A program made the translations under genes and the position numbers. Shown here piece by piece: positions 12,150-24,059 of a DNA stretch of 64,000 nt. The notes below the pieces were generated by a model. It was not told the origin of the DNA, ran no database searches, and saw nothing but the letters and a program-made list of their open reading frames with translations. The DNA is from Mobula hypostoma (lineage: Eukaryota). The stretch lies in contig NC_086118.1 in assembly GCF_963921235.1 (NCBI RefSeq), forward strand, positions 28,832,001-28,896,000. The letters run 5' to 3'. How positions within the stretch are numbered: the stretch's first letter is position 1; each line of letters opens with the position of its first letter.

Positions 12150-13290
12150 TGCCAAGGAAAGGAGAACAATGGATATGAATTTTATTAAGGCATTTGACAA
12201 GGTCGTGCATGGTAGGCGAGCCCCGAACATTGAGGCACATGAGGTTCAAAGTGAGCTGGCTAACTGGATCCTAAATTGGATTGGTGACAGGACACAGAGG
12301 AGAATGGTAGAGGAATTCTATTCTGTTTGTAATTCTATGACCAATGCTGCATTATAGGGATCAGACATAGGGCCATTGTCCTTTGTGATACATATTAATT
12401 TCTTGGATGTGATTGTAAGAGGAATGATGAGTGAGTTTACAGATGACACTGAAATTTTTGATGTCATGGATAGAGAGGAAGTTTGTCCAAGGCTAAAACT
12501 TGACATAGATCTGCATACCATCTGATTTCTGAATGGACATTGAACCCATGAACACATCCTCACTACTTCTTTGTCTACTTTTGCACTACTTTCTTCATTT
12601 AGCTACTTAATATATATACACGCATACTGTAATTTTTTTGATTATTATGTATTGCAATATACTGCTGCCACGAAGGCAACAACTTTCATGACATTTGCCG
12701 GTGATATTAAACCTGATTCTGATTCTGATTCCAGGATCAGATGGAAAGGCATGCGGTGTGTTTAATGCTCACAAATGTGAGATGACAAAATTTGCAAAGT
12801 CATATAGGGTTTAGAGAAATGAGATACAAAGAAGAATATTGGAGCTTAACTCCGCAGTTCCTGCAAGTGGCAACCCAGGTAGATAGGGTGGTGAAGAAGA
12901 CAAATGGCATGGCTTCCCTCATAGTTTAGGGCAGAGAGTGGAAAGGTTAGCATGTAATGTTGGAACTTTACAAAACTCAGGTAAGCCACAACAGAGGAAA
13001 GATATGGTTGCAGCAGAGAGAGCACAGAGGAGGTTAACCAAGATGTTGCTTTGATTGGTGGGTGTCAGTTATATGGGAGAGACTGGATAAGTTGGGCTTG
13101 TTTTCCCTGAAGCAAAGAATGCTGAGAGGGTGAGCTGATCAATGTACATCAAATTATAAAAGACAAAGGTAAGGAAGATAGTCGGATTTTATTCCCCAGG
13201 ACTAGTATCAAAACAAAGGTGCATAGGTTTACAATGAGAAGGTGTTTTAAAGGGATTTGAGGAAAACATCTTTTTTTTTCACAGATATAG
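12150..13290 (+). mobile_element. CR1-type LINE RT fragment (degenerate), interrupted at ~12515-12730 by a Rex1-type 3' end with (GATTCT)n tail
   Basis: DMNFIKAFDKVVHGR..ELANWILNWIGDRTQRRMV (ORF 12124-12357), GSDIGPLSFVIHINFLD, MSEFTDDTEI; downstream CR1 3' region to ~13290. Confidence 0.8.
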
Positions 13291-13635
13291 CTCTCTCTTC
13301 TTCCCTCTCCCGTCAGGCAGAAGATACAAAAGCCTGAAAGCATGTACCGCCAAGCTCAAGTTCAGTTTCTACGCTGCTGTTATCAAGCTCTTAAATGGAC
13401 CTTTCGTATGATAAGATGGACTCTTGACCTTACAGTTTACCTTGTTATGATCTTGCACTTTATTTTTTACATGCACTGTGCTTTTTCTGAACTTTTACAC
13501 TTTACTCTGCATTGTCATTGCTTCATCTTGTTCTATTTCGATGCACTGTGTACTGATTTAATGCGCATGAACAACATGCAAGACAGGAATTTCAAGGTAT
13601 CTTGGTGCCTAGGACAATAACAAACCAATGCCAGT
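13290..13635 (+). mobile_element. Rex1-type LINE 3' end fragment
   Basis: CTCTTCTTCCCTCTCCCGTCAGGCAGAAGATACAAAAGCCTG (LF-PLPSGRRYKSL motif), homologous to 24845-24890. Confidence 0.65.
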
Positions 13636-14924
13636 AGGCGGAACTTGTTGCCAAATGCATCATGGTTCAATTGACAATCAGGCACCAGCTCAGACACTGA
13701 GACTGTGTGTAAGTTAGACGTGAGCTAAATGAAAGGGACATTGTGAGGTATCAGTTACAAGCAGCTTGCACACAGTGTCAGAGGAGAGGATAACCTGGGT
13801 TCTAGTTTGTTGCAGAGTAAAACCACACATGATTTCTGCAGTAGTCAGTGGCAGGGTAGCCTGCAGAAGAAGGCTGATGGGTATCTGCACCCTAATACAT
13901 GCTGGACTGGACGGCCTACCAGAAAGCCTGTACTGCTGGTCTTCTCTAGATTGGCCTCTTTGGCAGCTCAGAGTGGTACTTATGGTAAGAGTCGTACCAT
14001 TACACTGGTGAGGTTGTCCAGCATGCCACAGGCCACTATGAATCTTGATGCCCACAAAGTGAAGTTCCTCAGTAACATGGGCACTATTCAGTTATTCAGC
14101 AACCTAGGGTTCTGACTGGAAGCATGGCTTTCCAACTGTGCATGAATTTCACACTGGAATCAAGAGGAACCACACTTCTGTTTCAGAGGACCATGGCATA
14201 ATTATAGCAAGTTGATTGCAGGTGGACCATTAGAATGACCAAGATGGTTGATAGCCTTAGAATAATGAGAGCGTGGATCACTTTCAGCACGTGCACAGAT
14301 GATATACTTGTAGCAAGGTGAAGCTGATCTCTGCAAAGTTGGGCTCACCTCATCTGTCAGGAGGGAAATGAGATAACATTCGATGAATAGTAATCACTAA
14401 TGGCCTTCACTATTTAAAGGTGTTGCAAATGGCTCACGTTCTAATGTGATAGAAGACTGCACAAAGAAACTTATTGTGGCCAATTTGACAGCCAATAATA
14501 ATATGGTCATGAATTTTATTAATGGCAAGTTTCAATGAGGATCTCTATAAGGAAGCTCTGCCATCTCCAAGGTTCAGGGAATTTCCCCCTATATATGGTT
14601 TCCTCCTGAGAACACCTCCATTCCTCCTGTAGCCACTTATATTGCTTGGTATTTTACTCTCATTCTCCCATTCATTCAGTCTTCTGAAGGAAATGGTACA
14701 CCAATGTCCAGAGAAACTTGTACTGTGTATAGTACTCTGAAAGTCAACAAGAAAAAGTCCTCCAGCCCAGCTTGTAGACTTTGTAACTTGAAACAACCCA
14801 GTATGGAGATTTGCAGAACTAAATTATCAGCAAGAAATGTGTAAGTTATTGATGGTCCATATAAATAATGCTGATTGACATCAAAATGGAACTTCCTTCC
14901 TGTTCTGAATAGTTAGAACACATA

Positions 14925-15400
14925 TTAATAGTTCAATAGTTCCATTTAATATGCAATACACATCCTGAAATTCTTGTTCTTCACAGACACCTACAAAAAC
15001 AGGAGAGCCCCAAAGAATGAGTGACAGTTAAAACATTAGAATCCCAAAGCCTCCCCTATTCCCTCCTCCTATGCACAAACGGCAGCAAAGCAACAATCCT
15101 CCCCCACCCCAACCAAGTCGGAAAGAAAGCATTAGCACCTTCCACCCAACAAGCATGCAATAGCAAAGCCCCCAATAAAGACCATGACCTGCAGTACAAT
15201 GGAAAACTAATTGATCATCCTACAATTTGACATGCTACAGCATCTTTCTCTCCCTAATAATGGGAAAAAGAGGTGTCCCTTTTCACAGTGAGAGGGGAGA
15301 CATAACAAAACAACTCGCTGATTTAAAGTGTTAAAAGTCTGTTGCGCCGCATTTTTTCTCCCGAGTTCTCCACCTGAAGAATCGGCAACAACCTCTCCTC
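14925..15400 (-). mobile_element. Non-autonomous retroposon/LINE 3' region
   Basis: Reverse complement resembles the 3' part of the 42496-43303 insertion (AGAATTTCAGGATGT, ATTAAATG, short tandem tail). Confidence 0.5.
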
Positions 15401-15404
15401 TACC

Positions 15405-15407
<3 letters not shown>

Positions 15408-15457
<50 letters not shown>
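15408..15457 (+). repeat. (GA)n microsatellite, ~25 units
   Basis: Direct reading. Confidence 0.97.
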
Positions 15458-15464
<7 letters not shown>

Positions 15465-15493
15465 TGCATTATATGTATTAGTTCATCAATGTA

Positions 15494-15885
15494 TACTCGG
15501 TGTCCACTCTATTAGGTACACCTGTACACCAGCTTATTAATACAGATCCCCTGGGATTTTCATGCACAACAGTCTCTAAAGTTTACAGAGAATAGTGCAA
15601 AAACCAATGAAAAAAAAATCCAGTGAGCAGCAGTTCTGTGGGGAAAAAATGCCTAATTAATGAGCGAGGTCAGAGGAGAATAGCCATTCTGGTTCAAGCT
15701 GACAGGAAGGCGACAGTAACTCAAATACCTACATGTTACAACAATACTGTGAGGAAGAACATGTCTGAATGTACAACACGTTGGAATTTAAAGTAAATGG
15801 GCTACAGCAGTAGAAAACCATGAACATACACTCAGTGGCTATTTCATCAGATACAGAAGGTGTCTAACAAAATGACCACTATGTA
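15494..15885. mobile_element. Tc1/mariner-type non-autonomous DNA transposon remnant
   Basis: Starts with CACTCTATTAGGTACACC-type terminus, ends with degenerate inverse; internal sequence shared with 20515-21044 and 32844-33330. Confidence 0.65.
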
Positions 15886-16563
15886 CTGGTACGATATGTT
15901 TGAGAAGACTATCTAGAATATTTAAAGAACACTATGCAATTAGGGGGCAGGATCAAAAGTGGAAATGGGTGCAATGGAGCACTCTTTGGGAAAATGGCCT
16001 CTGTAATGCGCATGCGAAATACAGAGTTGATATGAAATGATTTGCCACGTTGCCTTTCTAATCTCCACACCCTGAATTCACCTGTTAGTTTATCAGTGCG
16101 AAGCAATTAAAATGATGTGTCCCAGACCTGTGAGTGCCCAATATACAGACAACTTTGTTCAAGATTTGAGATTGCTTAATGTCATTTCCAGTACACAGAT
16201 GTAAAGGACAACAAAATAATTGTTATTCCGTATCTGATACAACCCAAAAAAAAGATAGCTTTTTAATAAGATACATGTATGTCTATAAAGTGACGCTAGG
16301 CACAGGAATGTCTGTACATAAGGTGACGGACAGGAAATGATAAAGTAATGGTGAATGAAGGTGTTGAGGGGTAGGTTAGTCAGTAGAGGTGTTGATCAGC
16401 CTTACCGCTTGGGGAAAGTAACTGTTTTCAAGTCTGGTGGGTCTGGCATGGATGTAGCCTCCTCCCTTGATGGAAGTGGGACAAACAGTCCATAAGTAAG
16501 GTGGGTTGAATGCTTCACGATATTACTGGTCTTTTTCTGTAACTTTTCCGTATATATGTCCTT

Positions 16564-17687
16564 GTGTTGGGTAGGGTGGAGCTGATGATGTGTTGGGTAG
16601 GTTGGAGCTGATGATGTGTTGGGTAGGTTGGAGCTGATGATGTGTTGGGTAGGTTGGAGCTGATAATGTGTTGGGTAGGTTGGTGCTGATATTGTGTTGG
16701 GTAGGTTGGTGCTGATTATGTGTTGGGTAGGTTGGAGCTGATAATGTGTTGGGTAGGTTGGAGCTGATAATGTGTTGGGTAGGTTGGTGCTGATATTGTG
16801 TTGGGTAGGTCGGTGCTGATGATGTGTTGGGTAGGTTGGAGCTGATGATGTGAAGGGCAAGTCTGTGCTGATGATGTGTTGGGTAGGTTTGTGCTGATGA
16901 TGTGTTAGGTGTGTTTGTGCTGATGATGTGTTGGGTAGGTTTGTGCTGATGATGTATTGGGTGGGTTGGAGCTGATGATGTGTTAGGTGGGTTGGAGCTG
17001 ATGATGTGTTGAGTAGGTTGGAGCTGATGATGTGTTGGGTAGGTTGGTGTTGATGTGTCGGGTAGGTTGATGTTGATGATGTGTTGGGTAGGTTGGAGCT
17101 GATGATGTTTTGGGTAGGTTGGAGCTGATGATGTGTTGAGTAGGTTGGAGCTGATGATGTGTTGGGTAGGTTGGAGCTGATGATGTGTTGGGTAGGTTGG
17201 AGCTGATGATGTGTTGGGTAGGTTGGAGCTGATGATGTGTTGGGTAGGGTGGAGCTGATGATGTGGTGGGTAGGTTGGAGCTGATGATGTGTTGGGTAGG
17301 TTGGAGCTGATGATGTGTTGGGTAGGTTGGAGCTGATGATGTGTTGGGTAGGTTGGAGGTGATGATGTGTTGGGTAGGTTGGAGCTGATGATGTGTTGGG
17401 TAGTTTGGAGGTGATGATGTGTTGGGTAGGTTGGAGCTGATGATGTGTTGGGTAGGTTAGTGCTGATGATGTGTTGGGTAGGTTAGTGCTGATGATGTGT
17501 TGGGTAGTTGGTGCTGATGATGTGTTGGGTAGGTTGGTGTTGATGATGTGTTGGGTAGGTTGGAGCTGATGATGTAGTGGGCAGGTTGGAGCTGATGATG
17601 TGGTGGGCAGGTTGGTGCTGATGGTGTGTTGGGTAGGCTGCTGCTGATGATGTGTTGAGTAGATTAGTGCTGATGATGTGTTGGGCA
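16564..17687 (+). repeat. 26-bp minisatellite, ~43 copies, consensus GTTGGGTAGGTTGGAGCTGATGATGT
   Basis: Direct reading of head-to-tail units without spacers; copy number estimated as span/26. Confidence 0.97.
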
Positions 17688-18247
17688 GTTTTGACTACTA
17701 ATTGTAGAGCTTTCCTGTATGGCACAGTACAATTTCCATACCAAGTGCAATGCAACTTGTTAGGATGCTTTTTACTGCGCATCTGTAGAATGACATGAGT
17801 ATAGACGTGCATAGCCCATTTCTCTTCACCATCCTCAGAAAGTAGAGGCATTGGTGAGCTTTCCCGAATGTGCTTTGGGAACATGTGAGGTTGTGCGAGA
17901 TTTGCGCTCCCAGGAGTTTGAGCTTGTTCGTGGTTTCCAATCCCGGCTGTCGATGTAAAGAGGGGAGTGAGTGGTGTAAGTTCTCCTGAAGTCAATAACA
18001 ATCTCCTTCGTCTTGCTAACATTGAAGAAGAGGTTATTTGCCTGGCACCAGTCCTTGAGTTCTTCCACCTCCATCTCATCATTGTTAGTGATGAGCCCAT
18101 CACTGTCCTGTCATCAGCGAACTTGGCAATGTGATTATCCAGGAGCTTGGCTATGCAGTCGTAGTAGAGTGTTCAGCCATGGGCTCAGCACGCAACCCTG
18201 GGGAATACCCATGTTGAGGATGATGGGGAGGGAGGAGCAGTTGTACA

Positions 18248-19340
18248 TCCCTTCCTCCACCATTGATGCTGCCCTCACCTGAATCTCCTCTATTTCCTGA
18301 ACATCTGCACTTACCCTGTCTTCTCCCTGCCTTAACAGTAAAAGTTCCTCTTTTTCTTACCCACCACCCCATGAGTCTCTGTATCCGACACATCGTTCTC
18401 TGCAACTCCCGCCATTTCCAAAAAGATCCTACCACCAGATATATCTTTAACCCCCCCACCATCACCCCACTCCACCCCCAGCTTTCTGCAGGGATTGCTC
18501 TCTCAATGATTCCTTTGTCCATTCATCCCTCCCCACTAATCTCCCTTCTGGCATTTATCCTGCAAGAGACCAAAGTGCTACACTTGCCCATATGCCTCCT
18601 CCCTCACTTCCATTCAGGACCCCAGACAGTTCTTCCAAGAGAGGTAACCCTTCACCTGTGAATCTGCTGGGGTTGTCTATTGTGTCTGGCATTCCCAGTG
18701 TGGCCTCCTCTACATTGCTGACACCTGTCGCATACTGGGAGACTGCCTCATTGAGCACCTCCGCTCCATCTGTCAAAAGCGGAACTTTCCAGTGGCCAAA
18801 GATTTCAAATCCAATTCCCTTTCCCATTCTGACATGGTCTCCTTTTGTGTTACGATGAGGACCCCCCTCAGGGTGGAGGAGCAACGGTTTATAGTCCGTA
18901 TGGGTAGCCTCCAACCTGATGTCATGAATATCAATTTCTCCTTCCAGTCAAAAAAAAATTCCTAATCCTCCCCTCTTCTTCTATTCCCCACTCTGGCTCC
19001 ATACCTCTTCTCACCTGTCCATTACCTCCTTCTGTGTCCCCTCTTCCTTCCTTTTCTCCTATGGTCCACAATCGTCTCCTGTCAGATTCCTTCCTCTCCA
19101 GCCATTTACCTTTTCTACCCACCTGGCTTCACCTGTCTCCTTCTAGCTAGCCTCCTTCCCCTACCCCTACATTTTTATTCCGAACTCTTTCCCCTTCCTT
19201 TCCAGTCCTGAAGAAGGGTCTTGGCCTGAAACGCCAACTGTTTATTCATTTCTGTAGATGCTCCCCGACCTGCTGAGTTCCTCCATTATTTTACGTGTGT
19301 TACTTTAGATCTCCAGCATCTGCAAAATTTCTCATGTTTA
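18248..19340 (+). mobile_element. 5'-truncated Penelope-like element (degenerate GIY-YIG region plus pseudo-LTR)
   Basis: 10-bp TSD CAGTTGTACA (18238-18247, 19341-19350); VPLFLTHHP..IVLCNSRHFQKDPTT, VVYCVWHSQCGLLYI motif; decayed hammerhead at 19203-19240. Confidence 0.87.
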
Positions 19341-20190
19341 CAGTTGTACAGCCTGACTATTTGACTGGAAAGTTCAACACTGAATTGCTCAGTGGTGTAT
19401 TTATCTGGAGCTTATTCACCAGAGTCTGTGGAACATTAGTGTTGAATGCAGAACAGAAATCCAGAAGCAGCAGTCTGACATAAGTGTCTTTGTTTTCTGG
19501 GCAAGTCAGGGCCAATTTGTGTCATCTGTCGTACAGCAATTCTTCAGTAAGTTTACTGGTGAGTGTCCGGTGTGGCAGAATGGGCTCTTTGATATGTGCC
19601 ATTTACCTGCTATTCAAAACACTTCCCGATGTTTGTTGTCAGTACAATTGGGTGGTAGTTCTGAAGGTATAGAGTTCATTGGTACAAGGATGATGGTGGC
19701 TGATTTGAAACATGTGGGGGCAGCAGCCTGGATGAGTGAAGTGTTCAAGATGTCCGTGAAGACATCGTTGAGCTAGAGTGCTCACTTCTTTAGTCCTGAG
19801 CCTGGAATGTTCTCTGGTTGTCCGCCTCATGGGGTTGACCCTCTGCTGAGTCCTTCTCTCATCTGCTGCTGTTACAGACAGTGGCTGCTCACCTGGGAGA
19901 GTGAGCATTCACAGCTCACCCAAAGTAGTCTCCATCACATCCAAAGCTCTGACCATTATCCCAGCAATAAAGTTCTGGAAAATATGGGCCACCGCATCCC
20001 GCAGGAGCCAGCCCTTACTGAGGGCAGATATTGTTGAAGTTAATAACATAAAATCCTTGCATCAAGACTGCTTTTGTTTGATTCAGGAAAATGGCGTTTG
20101 AACATCAAGGCCTCACACATGCAGGAAACTTGTGGTTTTCTGAGACATGGATTAACTACTCAAGGTACATCAAACTATTCCTGTAAAATC

Positions 20191-20354
20191 GTAAAGGCAA
20201 ACACGAGGAAATCTGCAGATGCTGGAAATTCAAGCAACACACACACAAAAACGCTGGTGAACGAGAAGGGTCTCGGCCCGAAACGTTGACTGTACCTCTT
20301 CCTATAGATGCTGCCTGGCCTGCTGCGTTCACCAGCATTTTTTGTGTCTGTTGT
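20191..20354. mobile_element. Mini fold-back Penelope-like insertion
   Basis: 10-bp TSD CTGTAAAATC (20181-20190, 20355-20364); minus-orientation terminus (~20198-20262) joined to plus-orientation piece starting inside the hammerhead core. Confidence 0.8.
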
Positions 20355-20514
20355 CTGTAAAATCTTTCATGCTTGCTGAAAGGAAAACAAGCCGTTATTG
20401 TTCTCTCCCAGGTATTTTTTTTACTTTACATCAATATGCTTGTCAACTTGATAAAAACTTCCAGTTCCTTCATTGGAAGCATACAGAGGTGCTGCAGAAG
20501 GAAAGCTTAATTTT

Positions 20515-21044
20515 ACCCTCAGGGGACACTTTATTAGGTACAAGCGGTAACTCATAAAATAGCCAGGGAATTATTTTTTGTGATCTTCTGCTGCTGTAGC
20601 CCATCTACTTCAAATTTCAACATGTTTTATTTTCAGAAATGTTCTTCTGCACACCACTGTTGTAACGCAAGGTTATTTGAGATACTGTCGCCTTGCTGTC
20701 AGCTTGAACCAATCTGGATATTCTCCTCTGACCTCTCTCATTAACAAGGTATTTTTACCCTCAGATTTTTTGTTTCTCACACCAATCTCTGTCAACTCCA
20801 GAAAATCCCAGAAAATTAGCAGTTTTTGAGATACTCAAATCACCCCGTCTGGCACCAACAGTCATTCCACGGTCAAACTTACTTCGATCACATTTCTTCT
20901 TCATTCCGATTTTTGGTTTGAACAACTACTGAACCTCTTGATGGTATCTGCATGTTTTTATGCATTGAATTCCTGCCACATGATTGGCTGATTAGATATT
21001 TGCATTAACGAGCAAATGTATCTAATAAATTAACCACTGAATGT
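20515..21044. mobile_element. Tc1/mariner-type non-autonomous DNA transposon remnant
   Basis: Termini CACTTTATTAGGTACA ... TGTATCTAATAAATTAACCACTGA; interior is the reverse complement of 32844-33330. Confidence 0.7.
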
Positions 21045-21606
21045 CATTTGCTGTATTATATCTGCTGTTCACTTATTGGAAATTTTGCCAATGAAAACAT
21101 CTCCTATGACTTATTACACATGAGAACAATATATACGAAATTACTTTTCTTAGTTACATTGCTAGAATTTAGCACATTACAGAAACTGTAATCACACGAT
21201 AGAAACCTCACTCAGTATTTCACACTAAATTTTGATATATCACCCCTTTAGCTGTGATTTGTTCATTGCTTATAATCCAACAATATGATGTATTTGTGAT
21301 GGTGCATGTGCCCATATTTTGCTGTGCTTGAGTCTGTATTTATCTTGGCATTTTTATACAGACTCGCATTGTTGGAAAATTGTACAAGATTGAAATTAAA
21401 TTAATATGGATGGTTTCTTGAGGCAGTGTAATTACTTTATTTGAAACAAAATGTAAAATGCTGAAATTACTCGGCAGACTAGGTACTATCTGTGGAGAGA
21501 AATGGATTTTATGTTTCAAACTGAAAATGAAGAGTTTTCCAATGAAGGGTGTTTGACCTGAAAAGTTAATTCTGTTTTACTTTCCACAGATGTTGCTTCT
21601 GTTTGC

Positions 21607-21837
21607 TGTCGTGAGCCCTGTGGGCCCGTGGCACCTGTATTTGTTAATTGTTGGCTTATCTGGAGCCATTAAGCCCTGGTACTTTCTGTTTGATCTTGTG
21701 AAGTGATAGAAGGATCCCATGCCATAAATGGACCTAGAGGAGGTTCAACAGCAGCTTGGACATCAGTCGGCAGGGGGCAGGGGTGCCTTGTATTGTCAGT
21801 ACCTGAGTTCAGTCATTTGCCAGCGCACACTGTGACA
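21607..21837. mobile_element. Short solo-LTR-like insertion, 231 bp
   Basis: TGTC...GACA termini flanked by 6-bp direct repeat GTTTGC (21601-21606, 21838-21843); sits in an old Penelope pseudo-LTR remnant (~21450-21600). Confidence 0.55.
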
Positions 21838-22329
21838 GTTTGCTATATTTTATGTCCATTAAAGACAAGATCTGGGCCCGGAGTGACTCACTGGGCAGCA
21901 TGGTCTAGGCCCGAAGCCTTTCACTGCAGCTAGGTCCTAGTGCAAGGTATGATTTACTGTTTACGAGTTTTGTTCGGAAATGAATACTGTGTCTTTTGTT
22001 CTGATAGAAGAAGTAGGGAGAATCTGAATGTATTAGGACATCAGAAAATAGAGCTCTCATTCAATTTCAGAATCCATTCCAATCCCTAAAGTAAGTAAAA
22101 GCATGAAGTATCCATAAGTGTTACTATTTTCCGATATAAATTCAGAAATTGGTAACTCGTTAAATTATGAGGGATGAATCAGAGGGCAGCATGAGGTAAC
22201 CAAAGAGGATCAGTTGTAAATGTAAAGTCTATCGAAAAAATAAAGTTAGTTCACTCTTAATTACTTTAATTTATAATATTGACTCCAAAAATTTATAGCA
22301 CTGCTATTTTATGTTTGTCTTACCATCTT

Positions 22330-23800
22330 CCGGTTAAGATGGCACTACCGAATGTGTGCAACAGCTTCCTGGTAGTCAAAAAGCTAAGAAATTCAACTAA
22401 AGACATCAGTAAAAATGCCTTTTCTGAGATAAAATGTGTCAACATTGCCACAACCAGTGAAGGGGTGAGCGATTGTGAGCCGAGAGGTTGAGTAGCAGAA
22501 TGGTTGAAGATGGAGTTCCGATGCCCGTACAGCTGATCCGGGTGCATGTTTGGATCAATCTGGGTGCTGAGCTGATTTGAAGAGCTTGAGAGTGGTTTTG
22601 GGCTGGGCGGTGAAATCTGGGCCTGGAGTGAGTCGCTGGGCAGCGTGATCTAGGCACGGAGTTTTTCACTGTAGCTGAGTCAGACATCCCACCCTGCAAA
22701 AACTTATTTCAGGGAGGTTGCACCAACAATTTGCGGGATACTCCCGGAACTTCTGGGAGAGGTGGGATGTCTGCAATAGAGTAGCTCCTTTGAAAATAGC
22801 CAGCTAGTTTAAATAACGTTAGCTATGCTAATGAACGAATGACACCTGTTAAACTCACCTCAACATGTCTTTTACAGTCTTAACCCACCATGGACAATGG
22901 AAAAGTCACTGTTGCAAACAGTGCAGCAACTAACACTGTCATTATTTTTGACCCCTATTAGGCAGGGGTACACTTTAGTGCAGTCTGGGATGAAGTACAT
23001 TTTATATTTTCTTTTTTTGGAACACTCTGCCATGGCTCTCTCTCTCTCTCATGCACACTCTGTCTCATTCTCGCTGTCTCTCGCTCTCGCGCTTTCACTC
23101 TCTCTCACTCGCTCTTGCGCTCTCTCTCTCGCTCACTCTCAAAAAAATCAATTTCTGGGATATTGTGTATAATTTGCGGGCATCCATATGCGGGAAACTC
23201 GTGGAACTTCCGTGAGAGGTGGAATGTCTGCTGAGTCCTAGTCTGAGGTATGATTCACTGTTTAGACAATGTAATCAGTGCCCCAGATTGGAGGTGAGAG
23301 TCAATTTCACTCGCTGTCTGTGATCTTCACTCCTCTCTCCAGGGTGCCACAGCCTTTCACTGTTCCATTATTTGGACAACTTAAACGCCGGCCCAGATAG
23401 ACTGAAGAGGCAGAGTGTCAGTCAGGATGAGAGCCAATTTCATTCATTCTCCATGATGGTGATCTCCATGGCACTGAAACTGCTGTGCTCCGTTCCCATT
23501 CATATGATGAACTGATATGTGAGGCTTTGGGCCTACTCGGGACTGCTCTGGGTTTAGTACCTGAGGTCTCAATTTTGGTTCGGAAGGCTACTGTTCACTT
23601 CAATTGTTTGCATGACTTGTATTTTTTTCCCTTTCTCTTGCGCATCAATTGTTAGCCTTTTATTTTTATCTTTATTCTTTTTTTTCTTTAATTAGGTGCA
23701 TTCGGGTTTCTTGCTTTGTGGCTACATGTGAACAAGCAAATCTCAAGATTACATAATTTATATATTCTTTGACAATAAATGTACTTGAATCTTGAATCTT
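22330..23800 (+). mobile_element. Non-autonomous LINE-dependent retroposon (Rex1-type tail), interrupted by a MITE
   Basis: Begins near AAGATGGC motif, ends AATCTCAAG...ACAATAAATGTACTTGAATCTTGAATCTT, a tail like those at ~25150-25220 and ~35470-35530; no coding remnant recognised. Confidence 0.55.
22681..23230. mobile_element. MITE with CAGACATCCCACC TIRs (superfamily unassigned)
   Basis: Left CAGACATCCCACC, right GGTGGAATGTCTG; flanked by CTGAGT (6 bp; can also be parsed as 8-bp GCTGAGTC); extra internal copy of the right end finishing at 22773. Confidence 0.8.
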
Positions 23801-24059
23801 CAGGGCTTGGATGAATTTACTTCAGATATCACACAGCACCAGGCAAAAAGTAACTCCGTTTTTGCTGGAGCTTGGCCTTCGGAAGTTCGCCAGAGGCTTT
23901 GGGCCTTTTACATTGCCTTTCTCAGCAGACTCAAGGAAATGAGAGACAGCAACAGCTGATAGTTTTCTGAGCTACAAGGATACCAGTGCTCTCAATCCAG
24001 TATTCTATTCTTGACCAAAATTGGATTGCAACGCTTGGATGCTCTTTATCAATTACAGT

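Larger units (their letters stand above)
16165..20160 (-). mobile_element. Rex1/Babar-type LINE (degenerate RT region plus 3' UTR), interrupted by a minisatellite and a Penelope-like insertion
   Basis: YVRLLLLDFCSAFN (~19440-19485), GIPQGCVLSP (~18180-18210), EVEELKDWCQANNLFFNVSKTKEIVIDFRR (17835-18074), SFYRCAVKSILTSCI, ALQLVVKTAQHII, LFVPLPS (~16470-16490). Confidence 0.85.

Noticed and set aside
15328..15540. ORF with poly-RE tract
   Set aside because: Translation of the (GA)n microsatellite.
16564..17687. CRISPR-like array or repetitive protein gene (ORFs 16402-16860 and 17483-18103)
   Set aside because: Units are head-to-tail with no unique spacers, no cas genes, vertebrate context; the 26-bp period is not a multiple of 3 and the ORFs are by-products of the array and LINE.
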